This document shows positions 63,565 through 64,000 of a stretch of DNA of 64,000 bases, piece by piece. The notes under the pieces are model-generated. The model had not been told where the DNA came from. It made no database searches and was given only the letters and a program-made list of their open reading frames with translations. The translations under genes and the position numbers were made by a program. Origin of the DNA: the human T2T-CHM13v2.0 reference genome, Homo sapiens; assembly GCF_009914755.1 (NCBI RefSeq), contig NC_060940.1. One strand, written 5' to 3'. Every line of letters begins with the position of its first letter. Positions within the stretch are counted from its first letter, which is position 1.

Positions 63565-64000
63565 TTGTGGAATTTGCAAGTGGAGATTTCAAGCGCTTTG
63601 AGGCCAAAAGCAGAAAAGGAAATATTTTCCTATAAAAACTCGACAGAATCTTTCTCAGAAACTGCTCTGGGATGTGTGCGTTCAACTCACAGAGTTTAAC
63701 TTTTCTTTTCATTCAGCAGTTTGGAAACACTCTGTTTGGAAAGTCTGCACGTGGATATTTTGACCTCTTTGAGGCCTTCGTTGGAAACGGGTTTTTTTCA
63801 TGTAAGGCTAGACAGAAGAAATCTCAGTAACTTCCTTGTGTTGTGTGTATTCAACTGACAGAGTTGAACCTTCCTTTAGACAGAGCAGATTCGAAACACT
63901 CTTTTTCTGCAATTTGCAAGTGGAGACTTCAAGCGCTTTGAGGCCAAAGGCAGAAAAGGAAATATCTTCGTATAAAAACCCGACAGAATCATTCTCAGAA

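Larger units (their letters stand above)
1..64000 (+). repeat. Human centromeric alpha-satellite HOR array, SF1 dimeric type, 1,699-bp 10-mer; probably chromosome 16 D16Z2 (S1C16H1L)
   Basis: Seen: uninterrupted ~171-bp monomers with the alphoid hallmarks ATTCTCAGAAACT, TTCAACTCACAGAGTT, GCAAGTGGA and CTTCGTTGGAAACGGG, and a near-perfect 1,699-bp period (ORF anchors at 469, 2168, 3867, 5566 and onward). Knowledge: m6/m7 closely resemble the SF1 J1/J2 consensus, and D16Z2 is the SF1 array with a 1.7-kb 10-mer. The alphoid call is essentially certain; the chromosome assignment is about 0.8. Confidence 0.97.

Noticed and set aside
469-63699. About 220 short ORFs (60-67 aa) recurring on both strands
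   Set aside because: They are chance open frames in satellite monomers. They recur with the repeat period, overlap on opposite strands, often lack ATG starts, resemble no protein family I recognise, and are freely lost through SNVs or indels (e.g. 9955, 13013, 16797).
1-64000. CRISPR-like pattern of a conserved motif at regular spacing
   Set aside because: The intervening sequences are themselves repeats, not unique spacers. The period is 171/340/1,699 bp, there are no cas genes, and the motif is the CENP-B box.
1-64000. Possible embedded transposon (L1/Alu), inversion or unique island
   Set aside because: Unit spacings account for every base from 110 to 63649 (32x1699 + 1697 + 4x1359 + 2039 = 63,540), and all monomers read in one orientation.
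1-64000. A previously undescribed biological system
   Set aside because: Not supported. Alpha-satellite HORs, CENP-B boxes and dimer-step HOR variants are well-known classes. Only the particular local events listed may be undescribed, and I cannot confirm that without a search.

Overview
The whole 64-kb window is non-coding centromeric alpha-satellite DNA: about 376 head-to-tail 168-171-bp monomers in one orientation. They form ~340-bp dimers (one A-type monomer plus one CENP-B-box monomer, matching the human suprachromosomal family 1 J1/J2 pattern as I recall it) and a near-identical 1,699-bp 10-monomer higher-order repeat (HOR). An SF1 10-mer of 1.7 kb best fits the live chromosome 16 array D16Z2 (S1C16H1L); this is recalled knowledge, not a database result. 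Between 110 and 63649 there are 38 complete HOR units: 33 10-mers (one 2 bp short), four 8-mers (1,359 bp) and one 12-mer (2,039 bp). Monomer labels are my own, set on the first unit: m1=110, m2=279, m3=450, m4=618, m5=789, m6=958, m7=1129, m8=1298, m9=1469, m10=1638; odd-numbered monomers carry CENP-B boxes. All listed ORFs are repeat artefacts. I found no gene, mobile element, CRISPR array or new protein-coding system. What is worth a second look is the mutational record of the array: every length variant maps to m4-m8, there are 3,058-bp and 3,398-bp super-repeats, a triple-switch mosaic 8-mer, interleaved SNV haplotypes, two inactivated CENP-B boxes and a strand-coordinated mutation cluster. 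Variants were found by eye and from ORF spacing, so the lists may be incomplete.
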